Assembly: GCA_951406725.2 (NCBI GenBank)
Contig: OX597836.1
Coordinates: 8,184,001-8,248,000 of the forward strand
Source of the DNA: Octopus vulgaris
Lineage: Eukaryota
Direction of reading: 5' to 3'
DNA: 64,000 bases
Under the pieces are notes generated by a model. The model worked only from the letters and a program-made list of their open reading frames with translations. It was not told where the DNA came from and searched no databases. Numbering within the stretch: the first letter of the stretch is position 1; each line of letters begins with the position of its first letter. This document shows, piece by piece, positions 41,200-55,095 of this stretch. Both the position numbers and the translations under genes were made by a program.

Positions 41200-41400
41200 T
41201 ATGATTCCAACCACCCATGTAATTCTTGGTTTTTCCATATCACTCCCCGCCCACGCAGCTTCCTTTTTGTCTCCAGTTAGTCTCTGCAAGCCATTTCCAT
41301 CCAATTACGTGTCCAAAATATTTTAATTCTGCTCTTATTGCTAGTGTGAAATATTACATTATTATAAGAAAATAATAGACAAGGGGAATGTAGCATTAAA
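41200..41400 (-). mobile_element. RTE-like LINE 3' fragment
   Basis: Minus strand AELKYFGHVI..GL.. followed by KPRITW, resembling the LxYFGHxxR..GRPxxxW end of RTE reverse transcriptases. Confidence 0.55.
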
Positions 41401-41709
41401 TGTTATAAAGTTACAAAAAGGTCTAAAATGGAATCGCCCACCATCACGCACGTGTAAAACACCCCCTGGAGTTATGGAGTGAATCATCGACCTTACGCTG
41501 TGTGTATGTACGTACGTATGAGTGAATGTATGTATGTGTGCATAAGTGTGTGAAAGTATGTATGTATGTATGTATGTATGTATGTATGTATGTATGTATG
41601 TATGTATGTATGTATGTATGTATGTACGTACATATGTACGTATATAGATATATATACAATATATACATGTACATATTCATACATATACACATATACATAC
41701 ACGCACGTA

Positions 41710-41798
<89 letters not shown>

Positions 41799-41891
41799 CA
41801 GATATATATAAGTATATATGTATATATGTAAGTATATATGTATATATATGTATATATATATATATGTATATATATATGTACATATGTATAC

Positions 41892-41934
<43 letters not shown>

Positions 41935-42045
41935 TTTATATATATACATGTACATATATAAACACTATACACACATATATGTATGTATATATATATTATA
42001 TGCAATATATGTATGTATATATATTATACATACATATACATACAA

Positions 42046-42100
<55 letters not shown>

Positions 42101-42103
42101 TAA

Positions 42104-42176
<73 letters not shown>

Positions 42177-42421
42177 AAGATAGGTATACACACACATTTA
42201 AGTAGGTGTTTGTTGTCGGCTGGTGATAGCCATTTACACTCCTGTTTTTATTCTGTAACTCCCAGAAAAATTCTTCCGCGACACCCGATCTACCAAAGTT
42301 CCACCACCCCTTGCCCTTTCTTTTTCTCCATCTTTTCCCCTTTTTCAAAGAAATGCCTTGTTCTCTAAGTTTCGGTATTTCAGGAGCAACTATACGCACG
42401 CGTATATATACATGTATATAT

Positions 42422-42526
<105 letters not shown>

Positions 42527-42689
42527 TGCATGTATATGTATGTGTTTGTGTGTATGTACAATTGTGTGTATATGTGTGCGATGGGTTATCGCGTTAAGAA
42601 TGACGTATGTACACTCAGTAACAAAGGATTTGACGTATGAACATGTGCGTGCGTCGTGTGTGTATGTGTGTATATATATACATATACAT

Positions 42690-42744
<55 letters not shown>

Positions 42745-42835
42745 AGTATATACATAAGTATATGAATATATGTATTTATATGTATGCACATATACACACA
42801 CATATATGCATATATATACTGTATACACACATAGA

Positions 42836-42871
<36 letters not shown>

Positions 42872-42964
42872 TGAATGTATGTATGTATGTATGTATGTAT
42901 GCATATATGTATGTAAATCTTAAGTTGGTACTTAAATTCGTTCATCAATCCATATATGCAGGTG

Positions 42965-42997
<33 letters not shown>

Positions 42998-43305
42998 ATG
43001 CGTCCATACACACGGAAGCGCACACGAATACACGCACATTCACTTAACAGATATACATCTGTACGCGTCCGAGTGCGTACAAGTGCGCGTGTGCGTATGT
43101 TTAAGTGTACAATTGTTTATGTGTATGGAAGAGGCTGGTCGGCTTGGAAGCTGGCCTAGTTATGAACCAATGAGAATTAAGAGGAAATTAATGGCCAAAG
43201 ATGACTGGCCAACTCAATAATGACTTTATTAAGAGACAACCGGATCTCCAACTACTTATTTGTACATTTCTGGATCCGTGTGTGGCTATATATACACATA
43301 TATGC

Positions 43306-43348
<43 letters not shown>

Positions 43349-43352
43349 TGCT

Positions 43353-43402
<50 letters not shown>

Positions 43403-43404
43403 TC

Positions 43405-43490
<86 letters not shown>

Positions 43491-43491
43491 C

Positions 43492-43544
<53 letters not shown>

Positions 43545-43572
43545 TTATAAAATGAGATAGGGGTTGAAAATT

Positions 43573-43613
<41 letters not shown>

Positions 43614-44009
43614 CACACATATATACATCTATATGTTTTGCATCTGCGTATGTGTGTCTATGTATGTATGTCTGTGAATGTCTACGTGTATATGTATTTA
43701 CGTACTTAAGTCTATGTATGAATGTATATGTACATATGTATGTATGTATATATATATGTGTGTGTATGTATGTATGTGTACGTATGCACATATGTATATG
43801 TGTGTGTATGTACAAGCATGAGGCAAGGATTCGACAGAGTCGTTATTGTGGTGGCTCTCAACGATCTAAGTTCAAATCCCGTCGAGGTCAATATATTCTT
43901 TCCTTTCGGGGTTGATGAAGTACCAGTCCTGTACTGGGATCGGTTTTTCTGTCTTTATTTCCCCCTCCCTTCACTCTTTTCATCTGTATCTCTCCATCAA
44001 GAAGAGAAT

Positions 44010-44093
44010 GAAGAAGAAGAAGAAGAAGAAGAAGAAGAAGAAGAAGAAGAAGAAGAAGAAGAAGAAGAAGAAGAAGAAGAAGAAGAAGAAGAA
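44010..44093. repeat. Pure (GAA)n tract
   Basis: Seen directly. Confidence 0.97.
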
Positions 44094-44699
44094 ATCGCCT
44101 GGGGTCACATTTGATGAGGGGCGAGCGTCACTATGTATAATACTTGTCATGATACCTCGTATGTCAAAATGGCGCCTCTGCAACGACGCCTCATTAGGAG
44201 TTGAGGTATCGAAGCAGGAGTCACATTTTGTGAACAAACTTATAAGTGCCGAGGATGGTGGTATTCTACAGAAAATGAAGGAATTTTCGATCGCAAGATG
44301 GCTGTGAAGACAACTTGGAAAATCGGGTAAATACGGTTATAAGACAGAAAAAGAGACCAGCAATCCTCTACAGAGAATCGAACCCTTTACCTCTCAAATT
44401 CTGGCTGAGCGCTCGATACCGTTTAGCTAAGAGACCTCTATATGAATTCAAGTTAGGTTTAAACCTTGTCGTTTGCTTTAACAGACTCGTCTTCCGGTAT
44501 CGGCCAGCAAATGCTATCATATGGTGAGATCGATTGTATCGCAAGATATACATCTGTAATTCTGTAACATCCGTAGAGTTTATACTAAAATATGAATAAT
44601 AGGAAATAGATTGAGCAACACGCTTTATGGAATAACACTACAATTGTTTCAACGTCGATTCACCAACAGAAACATTGCTGAGGCATTATATTAAATATG

Positions 44700-44900
44700 A
44701 AGGCGGCGAGCTGGCGCGCCGGGCGAAATGTTTAGCTGTATTTCATCTGTCTTTACGTTCTGAGTTCAAATTCCGCCGAGGTCGACATTGCCTTTCATCT
44801 TTCGGGTCGATAAATTAAGTACCAGTGAAACACTGGGGTCGATGTAATCGGCTAGTCTCCTCCCCCAAAATTTCAGGCTTTGTGCTTTTAATAGAAAGAA
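44700..44900 (+). mobile_element. SINE family B
   Basis: aggcggcgagctggc...gttctgagttcaaattccgccgaggtcgac...gtcgataaattaagtaccag. Confidence 0.88.
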
Positions 44901-44904
44901 TTAT

Positions 44905-45300
44905 AGGTGCAGTCTTGGCTGTGTGGTAAGAAGCTTGCTTCCCAACCACATGATTCCAGGTTCAGTCCCACTGTGTGACACCTTGGCCAAGTGTCTACTA
45001 CTATAGCCTCGGGCCGACCAAAGCCTTGTGAGTGAATTTTGTAGATGGAAACTGAAAGAAGCCCATCTTATATAAATAAGTATGTGTGTGTGTGTCTTTC
45101 TGTCTGTGCTTGTCCCCCACCACCACCGTTTGACAACCAATGTTGGTGTGTTTATGTCCCCGTAACTTATCGGTTCAGCAAAAGTGACCGATAGAGTAAA
45201 TACTAGGCTTACAAAGAATAAGTTCTGGTGTCGATTTGTTCAACTAAAGGCAGTGCTCCAGCATGGCCGCAGTCAAATGACTGAAACAAGTAAAAGAGTA
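44905..45300 (+). mobile_element. SINE family A, full length
   Basis: Head tggctgtgtggtaagaagc; tail tgactgaaacaagtaaaagag. Confidence 0.9.
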
Positions 45301-45452
45301 TATAACGGGAAGCTTTATGAAAATAAACAAAAGACGAAGGCAGGTGGAGTACAAACAAACAATTGTATTAGTATGGCGCTCAGGGATATAAATAAAACAA
45401 GTCTTTTACGTTTCGAGCCGACGCTTTTCAACAGAAAGATACACAGAAAAGA
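45301..45452 (-). mobile_element. Penelope-like terminal fragment with minimal hammerhead-like motif (45402-45439)
   Basis: Minus strand: tcttt CTGTTGA aaagc gtcg gctc GAAA CG TA aaaga, with stem I tcttt/aaaga. Confidence 0.65.
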
Positions 45453-45920
45453 GTATATATATCGTTTAACATACACAATTACAAAAGATCTAATAATCGT
45501 TCCATTCTTTAAGATACAATAATTTGGCAGATTTATATAGATTTATATAGCATGCTTTGAATCTCCAAGCAATATTTAGGCACAGTTTATAACGTTAGTT
45601 GTATTTAAAAACAAACGTTGGTTCATGAGAAAAACATGAAAAAAAAAGAGAGAGAGAGAAAACAGAAGAAAAAACCTGAAGAAATTTGATGCAAAAAATG
45701 GAATGAGAAGAAAGAAACGAAAAGAAAACCAAGACCTTCGTCCTCTTTGACTATAGAAACCATAAATAATGTAACTGGTGCAGAATAATATAACAGAAAG
45801 GAGGCCAGAGTCTATGAGATAGATACACGATTCGGAGAGGCTAGTGTCCTCCAGTTGGACAAAATGAATTTGTCCATGTAGTGTGGTGAAATTCTTGGCC
45901 CTCAAAAGAATGAGGTGTGT

Positions 45921-45980
<60 letters not shown>

Positions 45981-46084
45981 GTGCACGTGCACGTGCGCGT
46001 ATGAAGTAGTCATGTATCCAAGAGATTTATCAATAAAATAAAATGCTTCCTTTTACAGGAAGTTTCTCGACACGGGATACAATT

Positions 46085-46134
<50 letters not shown>

Positions 46135-46135
<1 letters not shown>

Positions 46136-46366
46136 TCTTTTACTCTTTTACTCTTTTACTCTTTTATTTGTTTCAGTCATTTGACTGCGGCCACGCTGGA
46201 GCACCGCCTTTTAGTCGAACAAATCGAAACCAGGACTTATTCTTTGTAAGCCTAGTACTTATTCTATCGGTCTCTTTTGCCGAACCGCTAAGTTACGGGG
46301 ACGCAAACACACCAGCATCGGTTGTCAAGCGATGTTGGGGCGACAAACACAGACACACAAATATAT

Positions 46367-46411
<45 letters not shown>

Positions 46412-46550
46412 TACGACGGGCTTCTTTCAGTTTCCGTCAATCAAATCCACTCACAAGGCTTTGGTTGGCCCGAGGCTATAGTAGAAGACACTTGCCCAAG
46501 GTGCCACGCAGTGGGACTGAACCCGGAACCAAGTGGTTGGTAAGCAAGCT
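46135..46550 (-). mobile_element. SINE family A, near full length
   Basis: Reverse complement of the 21636-22050 family sequence, with (ctctttta)n tail. Confidence 0.92.
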
Positions 46551-46801
46551 ATTTAAGATCTAAGGAGCGAGGTGTAGGAAGGTAGTTGGCTTCAAGCAAT
46601 CCGTCGTAAATATTTTTAAAAAACTTTCAGGGACAATAGTGGTTTATTGAGACGGAAAGTCGTGGATTTTTTTCGTTTTGAAGTACGATAAACTGAAAAA
46701 AGGTCACGGTAGGCGACCAGGGTTCCCGGGTATGCAAATAAGAATACAAGAGTTAAGGAATGGGGTTGATAAGAACCGGGCTACTCTTGTACACACACAC
46801 G

Positions 46802-46876
<75 letters not shown>

Positions 46877-46974
46877 CTACATATACACACACACACACAC
46901 ACACAGATATATCTACATATACACACACACACACATTAGAAACTTTATTCTCTCCGGCGCGCCGGCGTGAGTCA

Positions 46975-47300
46975 TAAGTCATTTGCACAATGGCCTTAAC
47001 AGTAGCGTCGGAATTCACCCAAGGCTACAATCACGTGCCATTCGTTCCCTACACAATTCAGGATCACAACATATAAATACACTGCAACGACAAATTTCTT
47101 TCCCTCAACAGACTCTGTCCTATTTAACATTGCCCGAAGACAAATCAAGGAGGAAAAAGATCCCCATTACCGTCAAACGGGATCTGGACAAATTTCTTCA
47201 AGGGATCCCAGACAAGTCGCCTATACCTGGATATAGCTCACTCAACAAGAACTCCCTACTTGATTGTTCCATGATAGCACAAAACTTGACTTAAAAAGGA
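46975..47300 (+). mobile_element. CR1/L2-group LINE 3' remnant
   Basis: TVKRDLDKFLQGIPDKSPIPGYSSLNKNSLLD resembles the FK..LDKFL..IPD.P...GY....NSL C-terminus of CR1/L2-group ORF2. Confidence 0.7.
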
Positions 47301-48245
47301 TTTAGTAAATCTTATCGGGTGTTGCTATTAAGTTAGAAATGGTTTGGACTGATCTTTGGTCGAAACATATCTAAGTCATTTGTGCGCATTCAAAAATGAC
47401 CGCTTCAAATCGGAGAATAAATACTTATTTATTTATTGCCCACGGGGGAGGGGGCTAAACATCGAGGGGACAAACAAGGACAGACAAAGGGATTAAGTCG
47501 ATTACATCGACCCCTGTGTGTAACTGGTACTTATTTAATTGATCCCGAAAGGATGAAAGAAGGTAAAGTCCACCTCGGCGGAATTTAACCGGAGAATAAA
47601 TATTTCCATGATCCATTATTCTCTGAGTATTAAAATCAAACCTGGAAAGTAACAGTTTTGGTATCATGCAGTGATGAGGAAGTGAACTGGTTTTCTTTGA
47701 AGTGGAATGGCAACAGACTCAGGAACCGGGTAATTGTTAAAGGGTATCTTTTTATGCATTTTTATCTTTAAATCTTCATTTTTCTATTTTCTTAAATTTC
47801 CAAACAAGTTTGTGTTAAAGATCGACTGAATATGCAGGTTTTTATTCTGTATTTTTTTTTTATTTCCTTTAATTTGTCTCCGGAGTTTTTCTCTAATTTC
47901 TACCTCTTTGTAATTCTTTGTTCCTCTTTGTCAGAGGAATACTAAAAATAGTATTTGGTGCGGAGAAACTAAAGATGACACAGCAGTTCTATGACTCTGG
48001 TCAGCCGAGGGTGAACATGTACACAGTGATTGTTTAGTCACATTAATACAAAAGTGCGTATAATTTATCTAACATTCAGCAATTAACAGCTGATAATGAA
48101 GCGTTGAAACGGTTTTAGAATTCCTAATGAAACCTGTTCAATCCATCTTCTCGAATTAAAATTTATATATGTGTGTATGTGTGCGCGTATTTATATGTAT
48201 ATATGTAAATATATGTATACATATATATACATATATACACATATA

Positions 48246-48286
<41 letters not shown>

Positions 48287-48371
48287 ATATGTACATATAT
48301 ACATACACACATATATACATATAAATATATACCTATATACATACACATATACATATATAGATACATATATA

Positions 48372-48403
<32 letters not shown>

Positions 48404-49010
48404 CATATAAATATATATATGTATATATATATATGTATATTTGTATATATATATATGTATATGTGTATATATATATATATATTTCTTTATAAATATATGT
48501 ATATGCGTGTGTGTGTTTGTGTGTTTGTGTGTGTATATATACACACACACTCACACACTTTTACATACATATATTATCACCTCGCCGTCCTACTTGGCCG
48601 CAATCTAGACCATTTACTCCCAATATTTGTCTGTTTCATTATGTATTTATTATTCACTACTAAATGCGACATGCGTAAGCCGTAACTAATCCATCCATCA
48701 ACCATCGTAACATGTGAACAAGTCGATGTCTGTTTGTGACTCACTTAAATTGCGTCTGAGCTGATAACTTAATTGAAGCTGACATGTGAAGCTGGTTGGC
48801 TGGGATATAATTTATTATCGCGTGCCGCTACTAATGGCGATGGATTCTGCAGAATTGACAGAATTGATAAAAGTGGTTGGCAATATACATTGCGGTATAG
48901 CTTTACTTTCCACGTTCAAATCCCCACGAGGTTAATGGTGCCTTTTAACATTCTGGGGTCGCTAAAATAAAATACCAGTTTGGATCGATATGATATTATA
49001 AGGGTATTTC

Positions 49011-49243
49011 AAGGTGGCGAGCTGGCAGAAACGTTAGCACGCCGGGCGAAATGCTTAGCGGTATTTCGTCTGCCGTTACGTTCTGAGTTCAAATTCCGCC
49101 GAGGTCGACTTTGCCTTTCATCCTTTCGGGGTCGATTAAATAAGTACCAGTTACGCACTGGGGTAGAAATAATCGACTTAATCCGTTTGTCTGTCCTTGT
49201 TTGTCCCCTCTGTGTTTAGCCTCTTGTGGGTAGTAAAGAAATA
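49011..49243 (+). mobile_element. SINE family B, full length
   Basis: Nearly identical to 55324-55556; A-box-like tggcagaaacgttagc and B-box gagttcaaattc. Confidence 0.92.
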
Positions 49244-50254
49244 AGAATCGTTAGTACGCCGATCACTTACCAGCATTTCGTTCGTCAGCACGTTCTGAGT
49301 TCAAATTCCACCGAAGTTGTCTTCGCTCTTCATCGTTTCATCAACTTCATCTCTCTGAAAATTGAAACATAATTCTGTCTTTTTTTTATGATATTAAAAA
49401 TCTGATCCAATTTCTTTCAATTCGTTTTAATATTCCCTTTATGTGTATTGCACGAGAATTTATGAGAACTCAGTTATTCTTGCGAATTATTATGAATTGA
49501 ATTTCGTTCCTGCCATCAGCTGGTTCCACTTCGCCAGAAATTGGTTCCTCCTTCATAAGATAAAATTTCTTCCTCGGCGGAGAGACTTTCTTCTTCGCAT
49601 GAATTGTAATCTACCTTGCAACTCAATAACCCCTTTTCTCTTTCTTTCCCTTTGGCTAGTTTACGTTAATTTTTTTTTAGGAAGTCTTCTTATCCTCATC
49701 GACCTTTTTTTAGGGTCCTCCCTCTTCATAAGTAGATGGGATTGTACTATTATGAAGTGGTACTTCCTGGTCGTTTAGTGCTGGTTGTTGTAGTTACTGC
49801 TGTCGGTGACTCCCATCACCTTCGCCAGCTGAGGTTAGGTTTCATGATTATTTTTCTTTGTTAGGTTTCATGACTCGTTCCTGGTAATAAGAATGCCTCA
49901 GTTTCATTAACCGACACACGAAGAGCGCCTGGTGTCGTACTAGGATAGCAACAGCCTTTCTTTTACATTCTTTTACCGGTTTCAGCAAAGGGCTGGGGAG
50001 AAGGGCTGCTTTTTTTTCTGTGCAGAAAACCTATAGATAGGTTTTGCTGTCACATATATTATAGCTGAAAGTTCGTGGAGGAGTGGTTAAGGTAATCGGT
50101 TCACGATCGTAAGGTCGTGAGTTCAATTCCCGGCGGCGCGCTGAGTCCTTTATTTCACGTTGCTCTAGTCCGCTCAGCTGGAGAAATGAGTTGTGCCTAT
50201 AATTCAAAAAGGCCAGCCTCGTCACATTCTGTCTCACGCTGAATCTCGCATATT

Positions 50255-50835
50255 ACCACTCAATGCACGCCACTAGCCCAGAAAGAATATAAGAGACGTC
50301 ATGACAAAATAGCAAGGATCGTCCATTGGACACTTTGCGACAAATATGGTCTTGACAGAGCAAAAAAGTGGTACGAACATAAACCCGAAGGCATCATCGA
50401 AAATGATAATGCAAAGATCCTATGGGATTTTATGATTCAGTGCGACCATGAGATAGAGAATAGGAAACCAGACTTGGTGTTAATTGAGAAAGAAAGCAAA
50501 CGATGCTGGATCATAGATATAGCATGCCCAGATGACAACAAGGTATGCGATAAGGAAGAAGCAGTTGTGGTCGATGAAAATGGTGATAGTAGTAACAATA
50601 ATTGTCGGAACCCAGGGAACAGTGAATAAAAATCTTGAGAAGTACATGGAACAAATAGGGGCTGCAATGAGCGTGGTGGACTTGCAGAAAACAGCACTGC
50701 TTAGAACCGCTCGAATGCTCCGAATGGTGCTCGAAAAATAAGAAGTGTTACCTTAGTTCACTGGTAGTGAACAGCTGACACCGTAGTACATCTCCAGCGA
50801 TAGAAGCTGTGCAAAGACGATAAATAATAACAATA

Positions 50836-50900
<65 letters not shown>
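50255..50900 (+). mobile_element. R4/Dong-like non-LTR retrotransposon 3' remnant with (TAA)n tail
   Basis: CTPLAQKEYKRRHDKIARIVHW..KWYEHKPEGIIENDNAKILWDFMIQCDHEIENRKPDLVLIEK..CWIIDIACPDD..LQKTALL, followed by (TAA)n at 50820-50900. Confidence 0.92.
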
Positions 50901-50902
<2 letters not shown>

Positions 50903-51370
50903 GCAAATATTCTGCTCAATACCACAGATTTGCTTGTCAGTTGTTTGACTTTAACCAGTTGAACATGTCCCTTAGTGGCTGACGATATGTGCATCTCTGA
51001 TCACGATCAGAAGTAGGGGGGGGGCATCATAGCCATGTGTTGAGAAGGATTCTTGGCGGTTTGAATAATTCACCTCTGGAAACATGGGTGTTTCGTTCAA
51101 CATCCTTAAACAACCCTTATTCAGGGACCTTTCGAGTGGGATGGGTTACTCGACCTGAAGAAAATTCTAACTGGGCCCCACCTGCAAGGTCATGTGCTGT
51201 TTATTTTGATATGAGATCACCATGTCGCGCACATATGGTTGTGATGCATGTGCCTAGTGTACCCTTATCAGACGGGTAGTCATGATGGGTATACTGGGCT
51301 TCGTATATTTTACCCCAGTGTCACTTTGATGGCATACACTGCTCTCTCATTCAATAATAATAATAATAAT
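50901..51370 (+). mobile_element. Interspersed repeat family D with (AAT)n tail; inverted partial copy at ~60490-60662
   Basis: aaatattctgctcaat.ccacagat.tgct...ttaacca...catgtcccttagtggctgac..tatgtgcatctctgatca appears reverse-complemented at 60560-60662. Confidence 0.7.
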
Positions 51371-51811
51371 CCTTTCTACTGGAAGCACAAGGCCTCAAAT
51401 TTGGGGGAAGAGATTAAGTCAATTTCATCGACTCCAGTACATAACTGGTACTTAATTAATCGACCCCGAAAGGATGAAAGGCAAAGCCGGCCTCGGCGAA
51501 ATTTGAACTCAGAACATGAAGACGGACGAAATACCGTAAAGCATTTTGCCTGATGTGCTAACGGTTCTGCCAGCTCACCACCTAATAATAATGATAATAA
51601 TAAAAGCAATAACAAGAGCAACGCCAATGATGATAATGACGATGATAATCTCCATATTTTCTGCAGAGATGACGGATCAATCAGAGTAATAGCAAAATGA
51701 TCTCTCGAAAAACTTCTTTCGTTTATTGTTGTTATTGTTGTTATAAAAGAGATGAATCAAACAGAAGGTGTTCTGGTGAAAATCCCTCTCTAGTTCTCTG
51801 GCTCTCTCTGG

Positions 51812-51871
<60 letters not shown>

Positions 51872-52329
51872 ATATATATATATATATCTTCCTCTCTCTC
51901 TCTCCCTCCTTTCTCTCTCCTAGATCTTCATTATTTGATCGTTTGGTGCATTAATGACGACATTTTCAACGTATTTGAATTTGCATTTCAAGAATTCTTC
52001 CATCAACAGAGTGTGTTTGTCATCAAACAACAAGTTTGTTAGAACTAAAGGTGAAATTATTAATGTTCGTTGTCCATTTCAAAGATATTATAAGAGACAG
52101 GACAACGTAATAAAGTTTCATGTTTGTCTCTCTGTGAAGATAAACCGTGTGCAAATGGTTGCCTCCGTTCAATAAAATAGGAAATCCTGTTGCTTCAACG
52201 TTTTCTTTTCTTTTTAGTCTTTTTTTTCCTGTAAATGCATTGTCTTGTCTTTATCTTTTGCGTTTTACTTGTTTCAGACATAGCGCTGAAATGATTCGAA
52301 CTTAGACTCCGATGTCTTTACCAGTGACC

Positions 52330-52615
52330 GAATATTCCACCTATTGCATCATGATCTGAAAAGTAGGATTTTGTTTCTACCCTGATGATGGAGGCTCGAT
52401 TTATCCAGTTTTATTTGCTTCCATTACTGGTTGCATATTTTGGTGAACTACATCTACCAGCATCATAATGGACTTTCGAGCCCCCAGAAACAGCTCTTGA
52501 ATACGTTACTTACTCCCCTTTAATTTTCTCGTTCACTTGTATTTTGTTTTAATCCCATAAACGGCCAGCCACATTTAAATGTACACTGCTCTAGATCTTA
52601 GAGTGTGCTTCCGGA
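52330..52615 (+). mobile_element. Penelope-like terminal fragment with hammerhead-like motif and extended stem II (52382-52496)
   Basis: CTGATGA tggaggctcga [76 nt] tcgagccccca GAAA cagctc. Confidence 0.6.
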
Positions 52616-52632
52616 TTTATGTTTTCTACAAA

Positions 52633-52705
<73 letters not shown>

Positions 52706-52734
52706 TATATACATATATATATATATATACATAA

Positions 52735-52915
52735 CGTTATAAAGCCCAAGCTGTTATATTCAATTTGTTTATCTGATTATTGTATATTGTATCGCTAAAT
52801 CCACAAATTCTTTTTTAATTCTCTCTGTTTATATTATCGAATTCCTTTCTGTTGAAGAGCGTAGGCTCGAAACATAAAATACTTTCTCACTTTCCCGAGA
52901 GTCAAACTAATACAC
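52735..52915 (+). mobile_element. Penelope-like terminal fragment with minimal hammerhead-like motif (52849-52876)
   Basis: CTGTTGA agagc gtag gctc GAAA CATA; flanked by (TA)n on both sides. Confidence 0.6.
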
Positions 52916-52935
52916 CTATATATATATATAATACA

Positions 52936-52988
<53 letters not shown>

Positions 52989-52989
52989 G

Positions 52990-53250
52990 TCATATGTTGT
53001 GGTGTGTGCTAGTGTTCAATTCCAGCTTCCTATTCAGGCTAGGTTTATCTTCTATTATGAGTGTAGCTTCTGTAATTTGTCTGATTGTTGCATCTGTTCT
53101 ATGTGTGGACAAGATTTTAACTTCTATGTTGTTGATTGATCCCCCGTGTTCCTGTTCGGCGTGTTGGTACAGAATCAATGAGCTTTTACCTTCCTTAAGT
53201 TCTCTCCAATGCCATTTACCCGCTCTCCTATGCTTCGTGTCGTTTCCCCT
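52990..53250 (-). pseudogene. Penelope-like GIY-YIG endonuclease C-terminal fragment
   Basis: HWRELKEGKSSLILYQHAEQEH..EVKIL..RQITEATLIIEDKPSLNRKLE fits the H...S.L..H....H..IL..R.I.EA..I....P.LNR pattern of PLE endonucleases. Confidence 0.75.
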
Positions 53251-53257
53251 ACGTACG

Positions 53258-53299
<42 letters not shown>

Positions 53300-53305
53300 A
53301 ATTTC

Positions 53306-53340
<35 letters not shown>

Positions 53341-54148
53341 AAATAATTAAAGGGCGGGCAGCAGGCTGCCTCGCCGCATACCGGAGGAATTAGAAATGGC
53401 AGTCAAAGACTGTTTTTTCCATTTTCTATAAGTGGATTATATATATATATATATATATATATAAGTGGATATATATATATATATATATGAAACACTGTCT
53501 GACGAAGGTTAGCAGGCCGAAACTTCGAACCCGCCGTCACCACATCTCTCGTAAAAGTTTAATAAACATGAACTCTACTAAAAAGTATTGAGTAATCCTT
53601 CAATTTATGTTAAACTATTTTCAGAAATAAATAACACTTGACATATATACAAACATTATTCTCTCTCTTTCTCTCTCTCCCTCCCCATCTCCATCTCTCT
53701 CTCTCTCCCCATCTCCCTCCGTCCCTCTCCTACACACACACACATTCTTCAAACGTCTCCTTGATATTCTTCGCAAGCGATTGACTCTTCTACAGCTGGC
53801 ATCGCGGCAATTCCATGATTCCATTCTATTCCGTTCCGTTTCTTTGTGCGTCGTAGAACATGTGACCGTATTGTTTTTACTGTTATCAAAATATGCAAGG
53901 CACCATTCCATCAATCAAAGATGGCAAGTGTGAAGTGAGACGTACCGAATTCACACAAAACAATTAGTTTGCTTGCTTTAATGGATCTGCCAACAATGGA
54001 CGACGAAGGCGACGGCGAAGAATAACGAACGAAGACGAACGAAGACGACACGACATTGAAAGCAAGTTACAAAGTTACAAAGACAGGAGGGATGAATATA
54101 TATATATATATATAACAAAAGATAAACAAAATAATGATAATAATAATA

Positions 54149-54183
<35 letters not shown>

Positions 54184-54359
54184 AATAATAATAATAATAG
54201 TAATAATGATAACAATGACGAATACTTGAATGAGAGAACAAAAGAAGAAGACCTACAACAGTATGAACAACATTATGTTTGAATAATACAAAATTTGATA
54301 TAGGTAAAAAAAAAAAAGAAAAAAATTAACTGATTAATTTCTGAGAAGTTTTAATGAAA

Positions 54360-55095
54360 TAGTATCTTCTTTTGATTTCTTTCCTTTCTTTCTTTCATTC
54401 GTTCATACTTTTTTCTTTCTTTCTTTCTTTCTTTCTTACTTTCTTTCATTCTTTCTTTATATCTTTCTTTTCTTTTCTTTCTCTCTTTCTTCCTTTCATT
54501 CATTCTTTTATTTATTTATTTATTTATTTATTTATTCATTTTGTTCTTTCTTTATGTCTTTCTGTCATTCTTTCTTTATATCTTTCTTTTATTTCGTTCT
54601 TTCTTTCATTCTTTTTTATATCTTTCTTTTTCTTTCTTTCATTCTTTCTTTCCTCCTCTTCCTCCACCTCCACAACTACCTCCTCGTTCTTCTTTCACTT
54701 CTTCCTTTCCCAACTTCTCCCAGTTTGTCTTTTTCTTCTTGTTGTCTTTCTCCTTACCTCCTTACCTCCTCCTCCTCCTCTTCTTCTTCTTCTTCTTCTT
54801 CTTCTTCTTCTTCTTCTTCATTGCTCCTTCTCTCTTTCTCCTACTACTTCTAACCCTTCTTCCTTTCACTCACACATTGATCCTCCTCCTCCTCCTCCTT
54901 TTCTTTCCACCTCACACATTCTTCACATCTCCCCTATTCCTCCCTATCCTCCTCCTCATACACACATCACCATCCTCCCCCTTCGCCCCCTACCCTATTC
55001 CTTTACTTCCTCCTACTCACATTGATTCCCGCCCCTCCCACAATCCAGTTCGATCGTTTTTCTTTACATCTTCCTCCTCTTCCTTCTCCTCGCAT
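54360..55095. repeat. Long polypyrimidine/polypurine low-complexity tract
   Basis: (TTTC)n, (CTT)n and (CCT)n mixture seen directly. Confidence 0.9.

Noticed and set aside
44365-44437. tRNA-like sequence on the minus strand (also heads near 10580-10640, 50072 and 57505)
   Set aside because: A/B boxes are present but the acceptor and T stems pair poorly; best read as SINE heads, not tRNA genes.
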